Source of the DNA: Dimorphilus gyrociliatus | Lineage: Eukaryota > Animalia > Annelida | NCBI GenBank assembly: GCA_904063045.1 | Contig: CAJFCJ010000006.1 | Location: 2,842,946-2,906,945 of the forward strand | DNA length: 64,000 nucleotides | Reading direction: 5' to 3' | Shown: in pieces, positions 1 through 12,680 of the stretch | Layout: each line of letters opens with the position of its first letter | How positions within the stretch are numbered: position 1 is the stretch's first letter | Translations under genes and position numbers: made by a program | Notes under the pieces: generated by a model | What the model was told of the DNA's origin: nothing | Databases searched by the model: none | Seen by the model: only the letters and a program-made list of their open reading frames with translations

Positions 1-464
1 GGATCAATTAACTTTACTTGATCAGGTACTAATAGTGGTTGCTCAGTACGAATACAAGTTGGAGGAGTGTCTGGAGATGCTTGTTCTGTTTTGTACTCTA
101 CATTTAAGCCATCTACAAAAACCCAGTTTCTCTCTTTAATAATAGAGTTTATTATCCCAATTTTTCCTTTATCTTTTCCAACCATCACCATTACACGATC
201 TCCTTTGAACAAAGCCATATCGTCAATATCCTGAACATAGATCTTCTTGTGTTTTTGATCGGGTGCATTGGCTCTTTTAAACTCATCTGTCCACGGTCTA
301 TGCTCGTTGTAAAACCAATCAGTTTTTTTAACTTCTTTCCATCCAACAAAGGGATAATGGCGTCTAATAAGTCGATGACCTGAGTTTTCATACATAGCCC
401 GTTCAACATAACGTTGCCAGTATTTCATTTTAACTTTTCTTAACAGAACTTGTCCTAGCCGCAT
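1..464 (-). CDS. MRPL24: Mitochondrial ribosomal protein L24 (uL24m), 5' part; runs off the window edge; not in the ORF track
   Basis: Manual translation from ATG at 464: MRLGQVLLRKVKMKYW...LFKGDRVMVMVGKDKGKIGIINSIIKERNWVFVDGLN...EQPLLVPDQVKLID. Contains the KOW motif and ERNWV.V.GLN typical of uL24m; open to base 1. Confidence 0.9.
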   Translation of the reverse strand, partial: MRLGQVLLRKVKMKYWQRYVERAMYENSGHRLIRRHYPFVGWKEVKKTDWFYNEHRPWTDEFKRANAPDQKHKKIYVQDIDDMALFKGDRVMVMVGKDKGKIGIINSIIKERNWVFVDGLNVEYKTEQASPDTPPTCIRTEQPLLVPDQVKLID

Positions 465-1078
465 GCTTTTTTTTTAACTTTTTGTATTATCGTTCATAGG
501 CAATGTCGGGTACACCTAAATTGTGAAGGAATGGGTTTACCAAAAGAAGTTAATAATTGAAGTAAAATTGAATTTTCACATTATGGCAAAGATATATATT
601 TAAAATACAAAACAACATGGTTAACGTGCTGATTTTCTTATATGTGTTAAAAAAAATAATATCTTTAGATGTGTCATTTATGTAAAGTTTTAAGTTCAAT
701 TTTCAACAGAAGGCCTGTTATACTAATAAGAAACAATAAGAATTGCTTTATTAAGAAATTCAATTACTTTACTAATTCTTACGATATCTTTTATTTGAAG
801 TTGTTTAATTTAAACTTCGTAAAAATTCCTCTCGTGATTTAACTAGACTCATGAGAAAGCGCCATCTGGGAACCTTCTATTTCCGGATTGAGCCTATCAC
901 GTGTTTAGTTCAATTATAGGCGATACTCCTAAGCGGACGAGTCTAATCAGATAAGAGAAAAACGTCGCACTGCTACAGAAAGTCTGGAATGAGCGCTTGC
1001 AGTTGTAGTAAAACATATCGAATTATTAGTCTATAGATCTCTTTGTTTTCTTCTCTGTACAATCCTGTACATTTACAA
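465..1078. promoter_or_regulatory. Bidirectional promoter region between MRPL24 and Elongin A
   Basis: Divergent start codons 615 bp apart; locally GC-richer segment ~840-1020; CTCF/YY1-like AGCGCCATCT at 858-867. Confidence 0.6.
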
Positions 1079-4000
1079 ATGGACGACGTAAATTGTATAA
1101 AAGAGAAGTTACAAAATGATCCGGACGAAAAATCTGTTAGCAATAAATGAATATTTCAGGTTTTATTTTTCAAGTAACAAGTCTCTTTCTTTTACAGATA
1201 GTCAAACTATTCAAAAAGCTCGATAAACTTGAAATTACATTAGAAATTCTTTGTGTGAGTTCTTAGATAACCCCATTTTTTTATGACAAAAATGTCTTGC
1301 GCATGCGTGTTTAACAGATCGTTTGGAAATATCGGGTGAAAAATAAAATTAGTGTGCTAAAAGATGGTTTTGTCATAAGCTAAAATTTGCGTAAAATCTG
1401 TTTTAGGGGTCAATCTATTTAAAGACGAAGACTCTTAAATTATGAGCAAAATTTTACACTTTAGATAATGGATTACATAATAGTTTCCTAATACGCCGAA
1501 GTAGTTTAGTAGTGCTAAATAAAGCAAATAATAGATCTTTTAGATTACATTTAAAGAGTAATTCTAGGTTTGCGATTTCACAGAAAACGAAAATAGGAAA
1601 GGTAGTCAATAGTTTTAGGAAACATGATGGACGCGTCGGCGATATGGCTAAATTTTTGGTGACAAGATGGAAAGAAATGGTTCCACAGAATGTCATGTCA
1701 TCAAACCCTAATAATACTGGATCGCCAGGTAGCATCATTCGTACAGAAACAGTATCAGAGACAAACCTTGACGTCGACAAGGCTCCGAAAATAGATGTTA
1801 TGAAAAAAATCTCACCAGAAAAGACAAGAGAAAAAGATTCAGATCATAAGAAAGATAAGAAAAGAGAGCGAGAAAATCGAAAAAGAAATCATTCGCAATC
1901 TGTCTCATTTGATGATCAACTAAATTACGACAATTCGAAACCTCATAAATCTAAGAAGAAAAAGAAATCAAAGGATAAGGACAGAGAACATACTCACACG
2001 CACACACCTAAGCCATGTATAGTTCCTGAAGTTCCCAAAGTTCCTGAGGTTGTTCCTGAAATTAAAATGCCTTCTCCAAAACCTGTAAGTAAATCTTAAC
2101 CACTTCTTCCAACTGCATACAAATGAATAATTTTTCTTATTACATAGGAAAAAATTGACATATCATCAACTTTACCTGAAATTTCACCGTCGTATAAACC
2201 ACTTCGTAGGCCTTTTGAAGACGAGAAAAGAAAAGGTAATTTTTATCTCTTGTCTTTGAGTCTTTAAAATATTTGTTTTATTAATCTAATATCAGCGAAA
2301 ATAGGAATAATTCTATTTATAAACTTATATAAATAACCGAGACATTCTTCAATTACCTGAAAAGCAGTTGTTGATGAAATTTTGCACTTCTTTTCAAAAC
2401 CTTGTATAAATGTATATATATATATATATACTGTATATACTGTATGTAGTAGATACACACTATACAAGTGTAAAATATAAATTTGTGTATATCTACACTA
2501 TATATATAGTTATAGAGAGAATTATACTGATACTTAATAATACAAATGCAGATTGTTACTTAACCTCTTCCAATTAATCTACTTTTCTACTTAACATTTA
2601 TAATTTAATAATATTTTTTATGTAATAGCCGCTGTCCACATCGACACGTCACATATTGGTAAAAGAGTTTATGCAAGTAGAAAAGTGTATGCTGGTAAAA
2701 GGACGAGATATTTAACTAGTATGTTGAAGTAGACATAAATATTCAGACTTCAATATTTGTTTAAATTGCTTTTTTAGAAGTACCAAAGCTTTTCGATTCT
2801 TGTTTACAAGTCCTAAAGGACAATGTACAATGTAAGTTTTTTAAAATGTTGGATTAAATATAAAAGATTGAATGTGTTCATTTACTATATATAGATATAG
2901 AAAATGTTGGAGCTATTCCAGCGTCACTACTTATGCCTATCTTAGAGGCTTGCACACCAGAAAAACTTTATGAGTTGGAAGATTTTAATCATCAATTTTT
3001 GGGTGAGACTGATGACTTATGGAAAAAATTTTGCAAAGTTGACTTTAAAAATTCAACACCGTCTGAATTTGAAAGCTGGAGGGAATTGTATTTGGTAAGT
3101 GATAAAAAAAACTATTCAGAATGTTCGATAAACTATACAAAAGCGATACTAGTTTGAGAATGGTTACTATTGGATCTGAGACAGCTGTTTTTTTTTTTAA
3201 ATAGAGGCTGGCTGTAAGGTGAAATGTATTTTACAGGAGATTTTCTTTTAAATGGAGCCGAAAAGGAATATAAAGGCATAAGTTTATTCCATTACTCTGA
3301 AAGTATGAGGTGGATTTTAGTCAAATCATATATTTAAAAGCATTTACTAATTAGGGAAGAGCTGAGAAAAAGTTTAACATTTAAAACCATTAGGACAGGA
3401 AATGATTTAATATAGTTTCTGTAAAAATTACAAAAATTTGAACCATCCAGATGCTTTGTAGGTAATTGCTATATTTAGAAAATTATCAATTAATTTATAA
3501 ACCAAAAAAGTTCTTTTAATATTTCATTCAGGTTAGAAAATATTTTGATTTCCAAATAGTATTCCCAAAATTTGTTACGTAGATCTGCTCACATATCTAT
3601 TTATAAAAGGATATTAACTGGTGTTTCACCGCGACTTGCTACGATTGTCTAAGAAATCCTAATAATAGTATCTTTAATATTTTCAAATAGAGATATGAGT
3701 ATAAATCAGATATATATATATATATATATCTGATTTATTAATAAATATCTGTATTTAGAAATACAAATAATTATCTTGGATTTTATCACGCAGCGTCTCA
3801 AAGATGAACAAGAGGAAAAGCTAGCACGAATAACGGATAGGATTTCACAAAGAAATAAGAATAAGGGCGATCCCAAAAGGAAAACAAAATTAGCTTTCGA
3901 AAACTCTATTGCTAAACCTCCTAGAAGCGTATTGAGAAAACAAATTAAGAATGGAGTGACTACACCTCATGCGCTCCAAGTAATTAAACCTGGCGCTAGG

Positions 4001-4081
4001 CCTTTTGTTTCTAAACCTAAGAAGATAGTTCCTCCTCTCATGCAGAAAACGCTCAAACTGTTGAGAAACGTGCGTCGTTAG
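1079..4081 (+). CDS. ELOA: Elongin A (TFIIS N-terminal domain, lysine-rich region, BC-box/F-box-like region); multi-exon
   Basis: Spliced exons: MDDVNCIKEKLQNDPDEKS | IVKLFKKLDKLEITLEILC | KTKIGKVVNSFRKHDGRVGDMAKFLVTRWKEMVP... | VPKLFDSCLQVLKDNVQ | ...TDDLWKKFCKVDFK...SWRELYL | RLKDEQEEKLARIT...RNVRR*. GT-AG junctions checked were phase-compatible. Confidence 0.9.
3701..3738. repeat. Perfect 38-bp palindrome, ATAAATCAG-(AT)10-CTGATTTAT, in the last ELOA intron
   Basis: Read directly; the sequence equals its own reverse complement. Confidence 0.9.
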
Positions 4082-5248
4082 AGGGTTATTTTATCATTGA
4101 TTTGTTGATTTATAATTTTAATGTGTGAGGATATTAAATAAATATTTGTTCAAGTCGAATAGCAAAAAAAAACTTGTCTGTCTGATAATTTCTATTTATT
4201 TTTCATTTTGAGCGACCCATGATGCAGGCATGTTTAAATGTTGCATATTGGTAGATAAATGATAATAGATTGTATCTGAAACCGTAATGTCTGTCAAAGT
4301 AGCAGGAGCCACATATGTCTAATGCAGCTGTTGTTACCTATTAGCAACACGTGCATCTCTTATGGTTAGAGCAGAGTTTATCGTAATGTATCACAATAGA
4401 ACTATATAAGAAACAAATGCTATATTGAACAATATTTAATATTTTTCACAACATGTCTGTCTACCTACAGAGTTGACTTAAACTTTCTAATTTATTTGCT
4501 TTGTTTATTAAATAAAACTTACCATTTAAAGCTGATATTAATTGTTTCTAATCCTTTATATAGCTGTTTTCAAACAAAAGTTCACGGAGTATTTTTTCAA
4601 CTGATTTATCCTTAATTTTCAATATAAACTACGTTTATTTATTTGTTTTTCAACAAGTGTCTTGTAAATGCTACCTGTTTATTCTCACTGATAAAAGAAT
4701 TCTTGTTACAACAGTTTTATACCTCTTCGTTACATAATAAATAACTTTGATTAGAGATAGTCTAAACAATCTGATTGGTTTTCATTAAGAAAAACAACAA
4801 CTTATGCTACGTTTCCAAAACAACTCAACCTGTTTCTTTTTTTTCAATTAAACGTCTTTTTATGGCCATTTTTCTGTTTTCTTTCAATTATAATTTCTTT
4901 GAATATATTTTCCATACTACATTAGCAATCAATATACATTTTACACTTTTAACCATCAATTAAAATGTAGAATAATACAACTTTAGCCATATTTCTATCG
5001 ATTATGATTTGCATATGTACGACTTTCTTACGTAAAATGGGCTAATAGCAATTAAAAAATATTGGAAAAAAACTTGTATTTCTAAGAAATTTACACATAC
5101 AGATGGCGCTACAGGAGGTTAACTTTTACAAATTGAAAAAAAAAACTTATCTCATTAACAGCCGTTGTATTATTCGTAAATATTTAATGAAATAATCATT
5201 GAAAAATTTTTTTCGGAATCAATAAATTAAAATAAAAGAAGAATAAAA

Positions 5249-5366
5249 GAATACGGCACCCAGTGTTCCCAGGCGGTCTCCCATCCAAGTACTGACTGGG
5301 CCGTACGTCATTTAACTTCGGTGATCGGACGAGAACCGGTGCTTGTAACGTCGTATGGCCGTATAC
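5249..5366 (-). rRNA. 5S rRNA gene, single copy in this window
   Basis: Minus strand reads GTATACGGCCATACGACGTTACAAGCACCGGTTCTCGTCCGATCACCGAAGTTAAATGACGTACGGCCCAGTCAGTACTTGGATGGGAGACCGCCTGGGAACACTGGGTGCCGTATTC then TTTT (Pol III terminator). Internal control region intact; helix II pairing preserved (ACGTTA/TGACGT). Confidence 0.95.
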
Positions 5367-7089
5367 AACAGATTGGTTAAACTAGTACTATTTAACAACC
5401 AGAGTTACTACTAGTCTAAGTCTATTTTCTATTGAGAACAAATTTTAATAATCCTATGTATTTTTTGCAAAGATGAAGGGAAACAAAGACCATAAAATTT
5501 CCTTCAAATAGAAGGAACACTAATTTATAGACAACATCCTAAAAATCAAAGCATTTGAGAACGGTTTGTCTCTTAACAAGGTTGAGTTATAGCTCGTCAG
5601 CTTGTGTCTTAAAGGATTTTTTCGCAGTCACAATGGTCTTTTAAATAAAAATTGTATCTTTTTACATCAGTAAAAAGATTATTGATAAAATTACCAAATT
5701 AAAATAAACATTCTATAAAGAAAAGCTTCATCTTTATTTTGGAATTGAGAGTCTCATTTTTAAAGATGGTCTAATATTGGACATAGTATAGCTCATTATA
5801 TCATGTTTTTGATGATCCTCTTTAGCATATTCGAATAATAAGTGGAGTCATTATTTCAGACAATGATTAGATCAAAGTACCAGGAGAGAATAGTACTCTT
5901 ATTATTATTATCCATTTACATATCTATATGATTAAATGGATAGTTTACATTGAACAATGGAATCATCAAACGCATTAATTTAAATATTGTCATGCCATAA
6001 TTCCTATTTTTTTTTGTTATCTCATCTTGATAACCAAATATATCAGAGAGATTTTAAACCTTCCTTAAGAGAGATCGTATTTTCTTACTTTTTAAGCTTC
6101 CTTATAATAAAAACGACTATTGTTTTTAAGGAGAAAAAGAGATAGAAAGAGGATAGAGAGACCTTGAATTATGATTCCTCATAACTTTTACATTGCTACA
6201 AAGCATCCCTTGACTATATTTTCGTTTTGTTATTCTGACCTTTAACCTTGGCTATACGCACTCAGGAGGCCTGATCATACGAGTTTAACAAATCATTCTT
6301 TAATTTGCATATTACTTAACACAAATAAATTAGAAATTCCAATCTATATTTAATTTTGTCCTTTATCACGATGGCCCTATTTACAGATAAAATTATGTTG
6401 ATATAGTCAATTTCGTTAATAAATTCTTTAAAATATCATTTAATTAATATTCATATGAAGGAAATGAAAGCTAAAGATATATTATTCTTTTTTAGTTTAA
6501 CATTATTTCTTAGTTTTAGAGATAAAAAAAACAATAATATAGTTTGTCAAGAATATCTTTGTTTTGTTAACAAACAATCATATGTTTTAGATAATAAATG
6601 AAAAGTGAAATAGTATAAGAATTATATTCTACCGGATGGATTATTGTTTCTTTATTTCTTTATTTTTTATTGGTTCGTTATTGTATCAAAAGGGTTCTAA
6701 TCTCGTTCTCAAGTGATTACCATAGAAACCATTTCTAGATCTTCAATTCGGCAACTCTCATTATCCTTCAATAATGGGTTTAGAAGCGTGAGAAGAACGC
6801 CAAATTGTCTCTTGAAACATCTCTTTCAAAATTACATGGAATCAATTAGATTGAATTAATTTCTGTTTTTATTGTCAAAGAAGGGCTCACTTGCGATGAT
6901 AACATGTGGTGTTAGCCTTAAGGAAAATGGTGTATTTCTTAGTGATTCTCAATGAAAACAGCTATATGATATCCTTATCCCTTTTCAAAGCGAATTACAA
7001 TTTGATAATTATTTAGTATCATTAAAAGATAACTACATTTACGTATTGTAATTGGTTATAAATAAGTGGTTTCCTAATGGATCAAATTA

Positions 7090-7170
7090 ACAAATAGATG
7101 GCGTTACTTCCGGTGAAAAGAAACTCTCTAAGTTTACCACTCAGTTTTTTGTCTCTTTATCGATTGTAAG
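7090..7170. promoter_or_regulatory. Promoter-like motif cluster with no assigned gene
   Basis: AGATGGCGTT (7096-7105) abutting ETS-type ACTTCCGG (7106-7113), with TATCGAT nearby; similar motifs flank real promoters in this window. Confidence 0.35.
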
Positions 7171-7625
7171 AGGTGTTTTAAGCGTTTTTTCCGAAGGAAA
7201 GAGTAGTATGATAATAAATACAAATACTTTTTTAGATGAAACGAAAGAAGATGAGATGATGCATTTACTTTTTTCTCCTCACCTTTTCTTACGCTTCAAT
7301 TCACTAGCACTTTTCGTATAGTAATCTTACGAATATACGTCCACATTCAGGTGAATGAAACGCCTACTCTCATAATTTTAAAGAAGGAATGAATAGAGAA
7401 AAAGTAATATATTTCTCTGACCAATTTTTTTTATCAATGGAAAAAGTCAGCACAGGTGTTTGTTATTAAGTTAGTTCATCTAGGGCTGTATTATCATTTT
7501 ATTGCCTGGACACACGTATTCTTTAGATTAATTTTTACGACATTTATGATTAATTTACCTACTGAAACTAGCTAAGAGTCTACTCATTTCTTCACTTTAT
7601 TCGAATTCTTTAGCTAATCGTTAGT

Positions 7626-10555
7626 TTATTTCTGCTTGATTGATTGATAGTATTCGACCATAACTTTCCAAGCTTTCGGAGCCATAAAACCTTCAGGAGG
7701 GTTTTCACCAGCTCTTGCCATACTTCTCATTTTCGTCCCACTGATGAACAAATAATCGTCTTTTTTGGAGAAATCGACAAAATCCATGGCAGATTTGTTT
7801 TTATTGTATGCTGCTACTTTGAACGGTATAACCTCTAATTGATTTAGTCCTGGAGCCATAGTAAGAACTTTAGCTCCATGTGTTGGATTATACAAATCTT
7901 GCTTGGTATCTGGATGAGGCATTCCAGCTGGATCTCTACCGACAATGTAAAAGTTTGTTCCTGTTGCCATTCGAGCTTTGCAGTGCCATTGAACTTCAGT
8001 TGGTCCGGCATACATCATTGGCGAAGGGAATATTGCCAAAACGGTAGATTCGGGATCGAGTACACCCTCATCCATAATGGCTAAATGCTGCTTGATTCTC
8101 CACGCAAGTGGAACATCGTCTTCCTTGGTCCAACCTCCTAAAGGATGTAGCAGAAGTACGGGTTTTTTATATCCCCGCTCGATCAACTTTCTCTTTGTAT
8201 CTGTCATTAACAGAGCATGTCCGTTATGCACTGGATTACGCAATTGGAAAGCAAAAACTGCATCGGCATTCATCGATCTGAACTTTTGTCTCAGTTCAGT
8301 GGGGGTTTTTCTGTACTCGTCGAGACCGTCATTCCAGCGGATTCTTTCAAAAACCTCCAGATCACCACCACACAACCAATCTCCGCTCTCCATAACCGTT
8401 TTAATATACGGATGACCAGGATTAGCAGTACCCCATTGCCTACTACATCTTTCTTCCTTTCTATGCTCGTAAAATTCTGGAGTACGGAGGATTGCAACGA
8501 TTTTTCCCTCGTAGCTTAATGAAATAGCGGGAGAGCTTGCTAAGCGTTCTTTGTTTTCTGTTGTAACTGGCAAAACGATAGGAATTGATTGGTTAGAGGT
8601 ACCACCGTCCAAGCAGAGAACACCAAAGTGTTGGGAATGCAGAAATTCGCTCTCTCTCATAAATCCTGAAAGTGGTGTCGCCCATCCTTCACTCAGAACT
8701 TGAACCCATTGCAGGTCTAATTTGTTGATTTCCAAAACAGGTAAACCTGCTGCTTCGACTTTTGCAGCTTCAATTCGGTCAGCTGGCACGAATAACTCAT
8801 GAACCATGTTAGTCGAGGCCATTGGAACAATACCATTTTTCTGGAGTAATTCAACAATGTGTGATACACATTCTTCTACAGAACTCTGCCCAGTTTTAAC
8901 GCGTAATTCTGGAGAGTGAGGTTCCTCATACTTTGAGTCTATTCCGGTAAAGCCTTTGATTTGGCCTGCCCTGGCCTTCTTATATAAACCTTTCACGTCA
9001 CGTTCTTCGCAAAGAGAAAGAGGTGTATCGACAAATATCTCGAAGAATGGAAGGTTTGCGGATTCGTGCAATTTTCGAGCTTTATCTCTGTCGTTCCTAT
9101 ATGGTGAGATAAAGCTGGTTAGACAGACTATTCCCCCATCGGCAAAAAGTTTTGAAACTTCTGAAATTCTACGAATATTTTCCTCTCTGTCCTCTGGAGT
9201 AAAGCCCAAATTCTTGTTCAATCCATGACGAATATTATCTCCATCCAAACTATAGGATGGTATACCCTGAGCAACGAGGTATTCTTCCAAAGCGAATGAT
9301 AAAGTTGTTTTACCAGCTCCAGATAAGCCTATTAAAAAATAAAACATACGATTTAAGTAGGGACAAAAACAGAGTCTATAGGTACTCGAAACAACTCGTA
9401 CTTTGATCCATATTAAGACAATATTGTTACTAATCAAAATAAGTAGAAAATTTATCTTTTCCTTTAATTCAATTATTAATCAAGTTCCGACATTTGTACT
9501 CGATATAAGGTGCAAATGAACTTCCTTTTCTATATATATATATATACTTTATATATAATTATTTTTAATTGAGCGGAAGGTGAAAAAAAGTAAAGTTCAT
9601 TTCAAAATAAGTAGGGGACGGTGAATATATATCTCTTTCTTATTCAGTTATACATAGATAATTTAAATCACGATAAATAATTAAAATGGATGATTAACGT
9701 CTGTATTTTCTACCAAGACAGCTAGTTAATCCCGCACTGTCACACAAGAATCCTTGTTTGTCCCGAGCGTAAAAAATAGGATAATAAATTTAAAACAATG
9801 GAGATTGAGTACATTTAAACTTGGTTGTCATCAATAATACTATGTATAGCGTCCTTTTTAATCATTCAAAAACTATAATTAAGTGAGTGAACGAACGTCA
9901 ATTATTTTTCTTTTTTTTTGTCCTTTACATACACATAGATTTATTATCTTTCTTTCATTTTTTTTGTCTGTTCTCTTTTAGAATGATAATTATGATAACC
10001 TCCATTAAACCTTAGATAAAGGGTAATAGATTAAAAAAGAAAGGTATGATAAATAATTATGCAAATTACTACCTTAATTAAATCCCGGATTTAATTAATT
10101 ATATATTATTTATTTGCAACAAATAGATATTTCTATATATGAATATGTTTAAAAATATCATTTAGTTTATATATATATATCTATATACTGTATATCTATA
10201 TATATATATATGCAGTATATATAGATATACAATTTGTGAGAAAGGTATTTTTTCAAGAAGTCACGAAAATGAAAATTGATCGAATATCACATAATAATCA
10301 AAAAGTAGATGGGTTATATGGTGTAATATTACGGAGAGTTTGTAATTACAAATGAACTTGATAAACGATAGACGTTTTCGGATGGTAGTGTACAAAAAAA
10401 AAACTGGGGAAAAATAGAAATAAATCTTTTTGCGGCTTACCTGTAAACCAAACTGTACAACCTCTAAATCCTCCTTTCTGCCCTAAAACTTTCGCTCTTT
10501 CCTGTCTTGAAACATGCTGCGCTTGGTACGTGACATTCGTCGCCCGTTGCAGATT
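7626..10555 (-). CDS. PAPSS: Bifunctional PAPS synthase (APS kinase + ATP sulfurylase), shared exons 10441-10555 and 7626-9328
   Basis: Exon 10555-10441 gives [39 protein letters not shown] and splices to LSGAGKTT (P-loop); [21 protein letters not shown] (HxGH), VGRDPAG and FISGTKMR motifs intact. The ORF-track N-terminus upstream of 9328 is intronic. Confidence 0.95.
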
Positions 10556-11092
10556 CTACAAAGCATAAAATAATGCGAATTACAAGGCGAACTCGAGTTT
10601 TTATGTGTTGCATTTACAATCCTAATAGAACGGTCGATTTTACAGACTCTATCAATCTTACTTCATCTGTTCTATAGTCATTGGAAATGGGAGGAAAGGG
10701 TCAGACAGACTAAACTGCTCCTATCCCAAATAATCACCTTATACAATTAGTCTAGAATAAAAATAGTTGTAATTATAAATTTTAACTTGTGCTAATATCT
10801 TTGACAAACAGATCCGGCTTATAGGCTTACTAAGGGATTATTTACAGTATTTTCTGTACTTTAACGCGACTTCTAAAAGTAGACAATAATGCAAATTATG
10901 TCTATAGTTTCCAGTTTAGCTCTATAATTTTAGTTTTAACCTGTTGTATAGTATTTAAAATTCCCCTAAAGTAAGAGTAATATAACATAAAGAGGTTAAA
11001 TTGACATGAACCTGGCCAACAGTAAGGTTATTTGCGGTTAAACGGCTTCCGTTGAGTACATTATAATAAGGGACGGAACGCAAATTACTTAC

Positions 11093-11098
11093 TATCAT
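11093..11098 (-). CDS. PAPSS: Candidate PAPSS alternative start exon A (Met-Ile only)
   Basis: CAAT-ATG-ATA followed by a perfect GTAAGT donor; phase 0 matches the 10555 acceptor; upstream acceptor TTGTTTAG at ~11253. Confidence 0.5.
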
Positions 11099-12339
11099 AT
11101 TGTCAGTTAACAAACTCAATCAATCAAACTCATCCCCTCAGTAACGGCGGTGGGAAAGTCAGCAAAATATTTGCGGAATACAAAAATGGAGGTCCGGAAA
11201 GCAAGTTTTTTCCCAGATCGACCGTCTCATGTCAATCTTTTTAATTAACGATCTAAACAAGTAATTAATCCACACAAACGAACGAAATAAAAAAAAAAAC
11301 GAGAAAATATTCTAACAAACAGAATAAGATAATAGAATTTGTGATATAATAGGTTTTAATAGCAACATAAAGGAAGAAAGAGAATAAAAATTATCGTCGA
11401 CGCCGACACGCGAAAAATCGGCTGGCTTTCCGGCTATCAGTCTAACGCAGCGTCTCTCGACGGTCGAAGGATATCGACCGTCTCGTTCGTCATCTTACGC
11501 GTCGACGTCTAACGAAACTAATTTTACAGACGTATTTTTCTACTACTCCTCTAGTACGTTATTGTTAGACACGGTTCGTCGTTAGAAAACCCATTTTCGA
11601 GTTATATTTCAAGTCACGTAAACATTGCGATCTCTAATTGAAAAATACCTATAAAGGTATGAAAATTTTTGTATCCAAGTATAGAATATTCTTAAAATAC
11701 TTTTGTAACGTTAATTCTTTCTATTTATAGCTGCTTTTTTTTATCAATATCTTTTTTCCTCTTTCTGTCTCTCTCTTCTCTACCTTCTTATCATTATACT
11801 TTTTATTATCTTGCTGAAGGGAAAATCTTTAAATGTATTTACTAAGATCCTCAATATTTTAGGAACATCAATATTAATACGAATTAGTTTAAAATTGAAG
11901 ATCAGGCTAGCTAACGAACAAATTTAAAACTCACATAAGCGCATCAATATAGACGCACACCCACTAAAACATACATAAAACACATTCAATGCATCTGTGA
12001 TGCTATTTCAATGTCTATACGCATTAAATACTTCTAAATTATCCGTATTTTATTGACAAGTAATTGTCTTAAGAAGGTCAGTAAATTTACTACTGTAAAG
12101 GGTTTATCATGATTTACTTCTTGAATATTTAGACTTTTTTACTCAACGGATTAGGGTGTTTCCAATCTATTTTCTCTCATCTTTCATTCCTAAGCTTATC
12201 TTCATTGAGTTTAGGATATTTAAAAAATTAAAGGAAGGAGTAAATAAAAAAAACAAGTAAGATTAGAAAAGAGGGACAAACTCCCCACCCAATTCCTCTT
12301 TCTACAACCACCCACTTGCGTGCTTTGTCTACATCACGT

Positions 12340-12680
12340 CCAAACTCAATCCAATCGTAATGGATTACACGGTTCGCCAACGTCACGTGACCGTTTCCGG
12401 ACGGCGATTTTCCAGAATATATGTTGTACTAAATATAGAATAAAAATACGATACAGTCTAAAGCCAATCAGGAATCGGCAGTGCGGAATTTTTTCATCGC
12501 CTTTTTCCAGCCGACCGTGTAATATATATAAAAAAGAAAGCGGAAAAGGGTGGGGATAATAAAGGGAAAACAAAAATCGAATTATCTATTGTCAATTGGT
12601 AAAAAACCGAAACCCGTTCCTATTCGAATAATTAAACGACTAATGAGTAGACGTGTTCAGTGTTGACGTCAACTAGTCAC
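12340..12680. promoter_or_regulatory. GC-richer promoter-like island, candidate PAPSS promoter
   Basis: Several CCAAT boxes, palindromic E-box GTCACGTGAC (12382-12391), palindromic CRE GTTGACGTCAAC (12662-12673), and a minus-strand donor-like CAA|GTGGGT near 12315. Confidence 0.55.

Noticed and set aside
191-409. 72-aa minus-strand ORF in the track
   Set aside because: It is an alternative frame of the true MRPL24 coding sequence.
4200-4640. Possible C/D-box pair (4220-4280) and an exon-like minus-strand segment with donor at ~4521
   Set aside because: C box imperfect and no terminal stem; the best frame has an internal stop and its next exon stops after a few codons.
5500-6960. Stop-interrupted frames between the 5S gene and PAPSS
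   Set aside because: No homology recognisable by eye; too many stops to call a pseudogene.
7644-9228. Several plus-strand and off-frame ORFs over PAPSS
   Set aside because: Antisense or frame shadows of a long, GC-richer coding exon; no recognisable motifs.
12320-12573. Overlapping 79-aa and 75-aa ORFs
   Set aside because: They coincide with a GC-rich promoter island; better explained as regulatory DNA.
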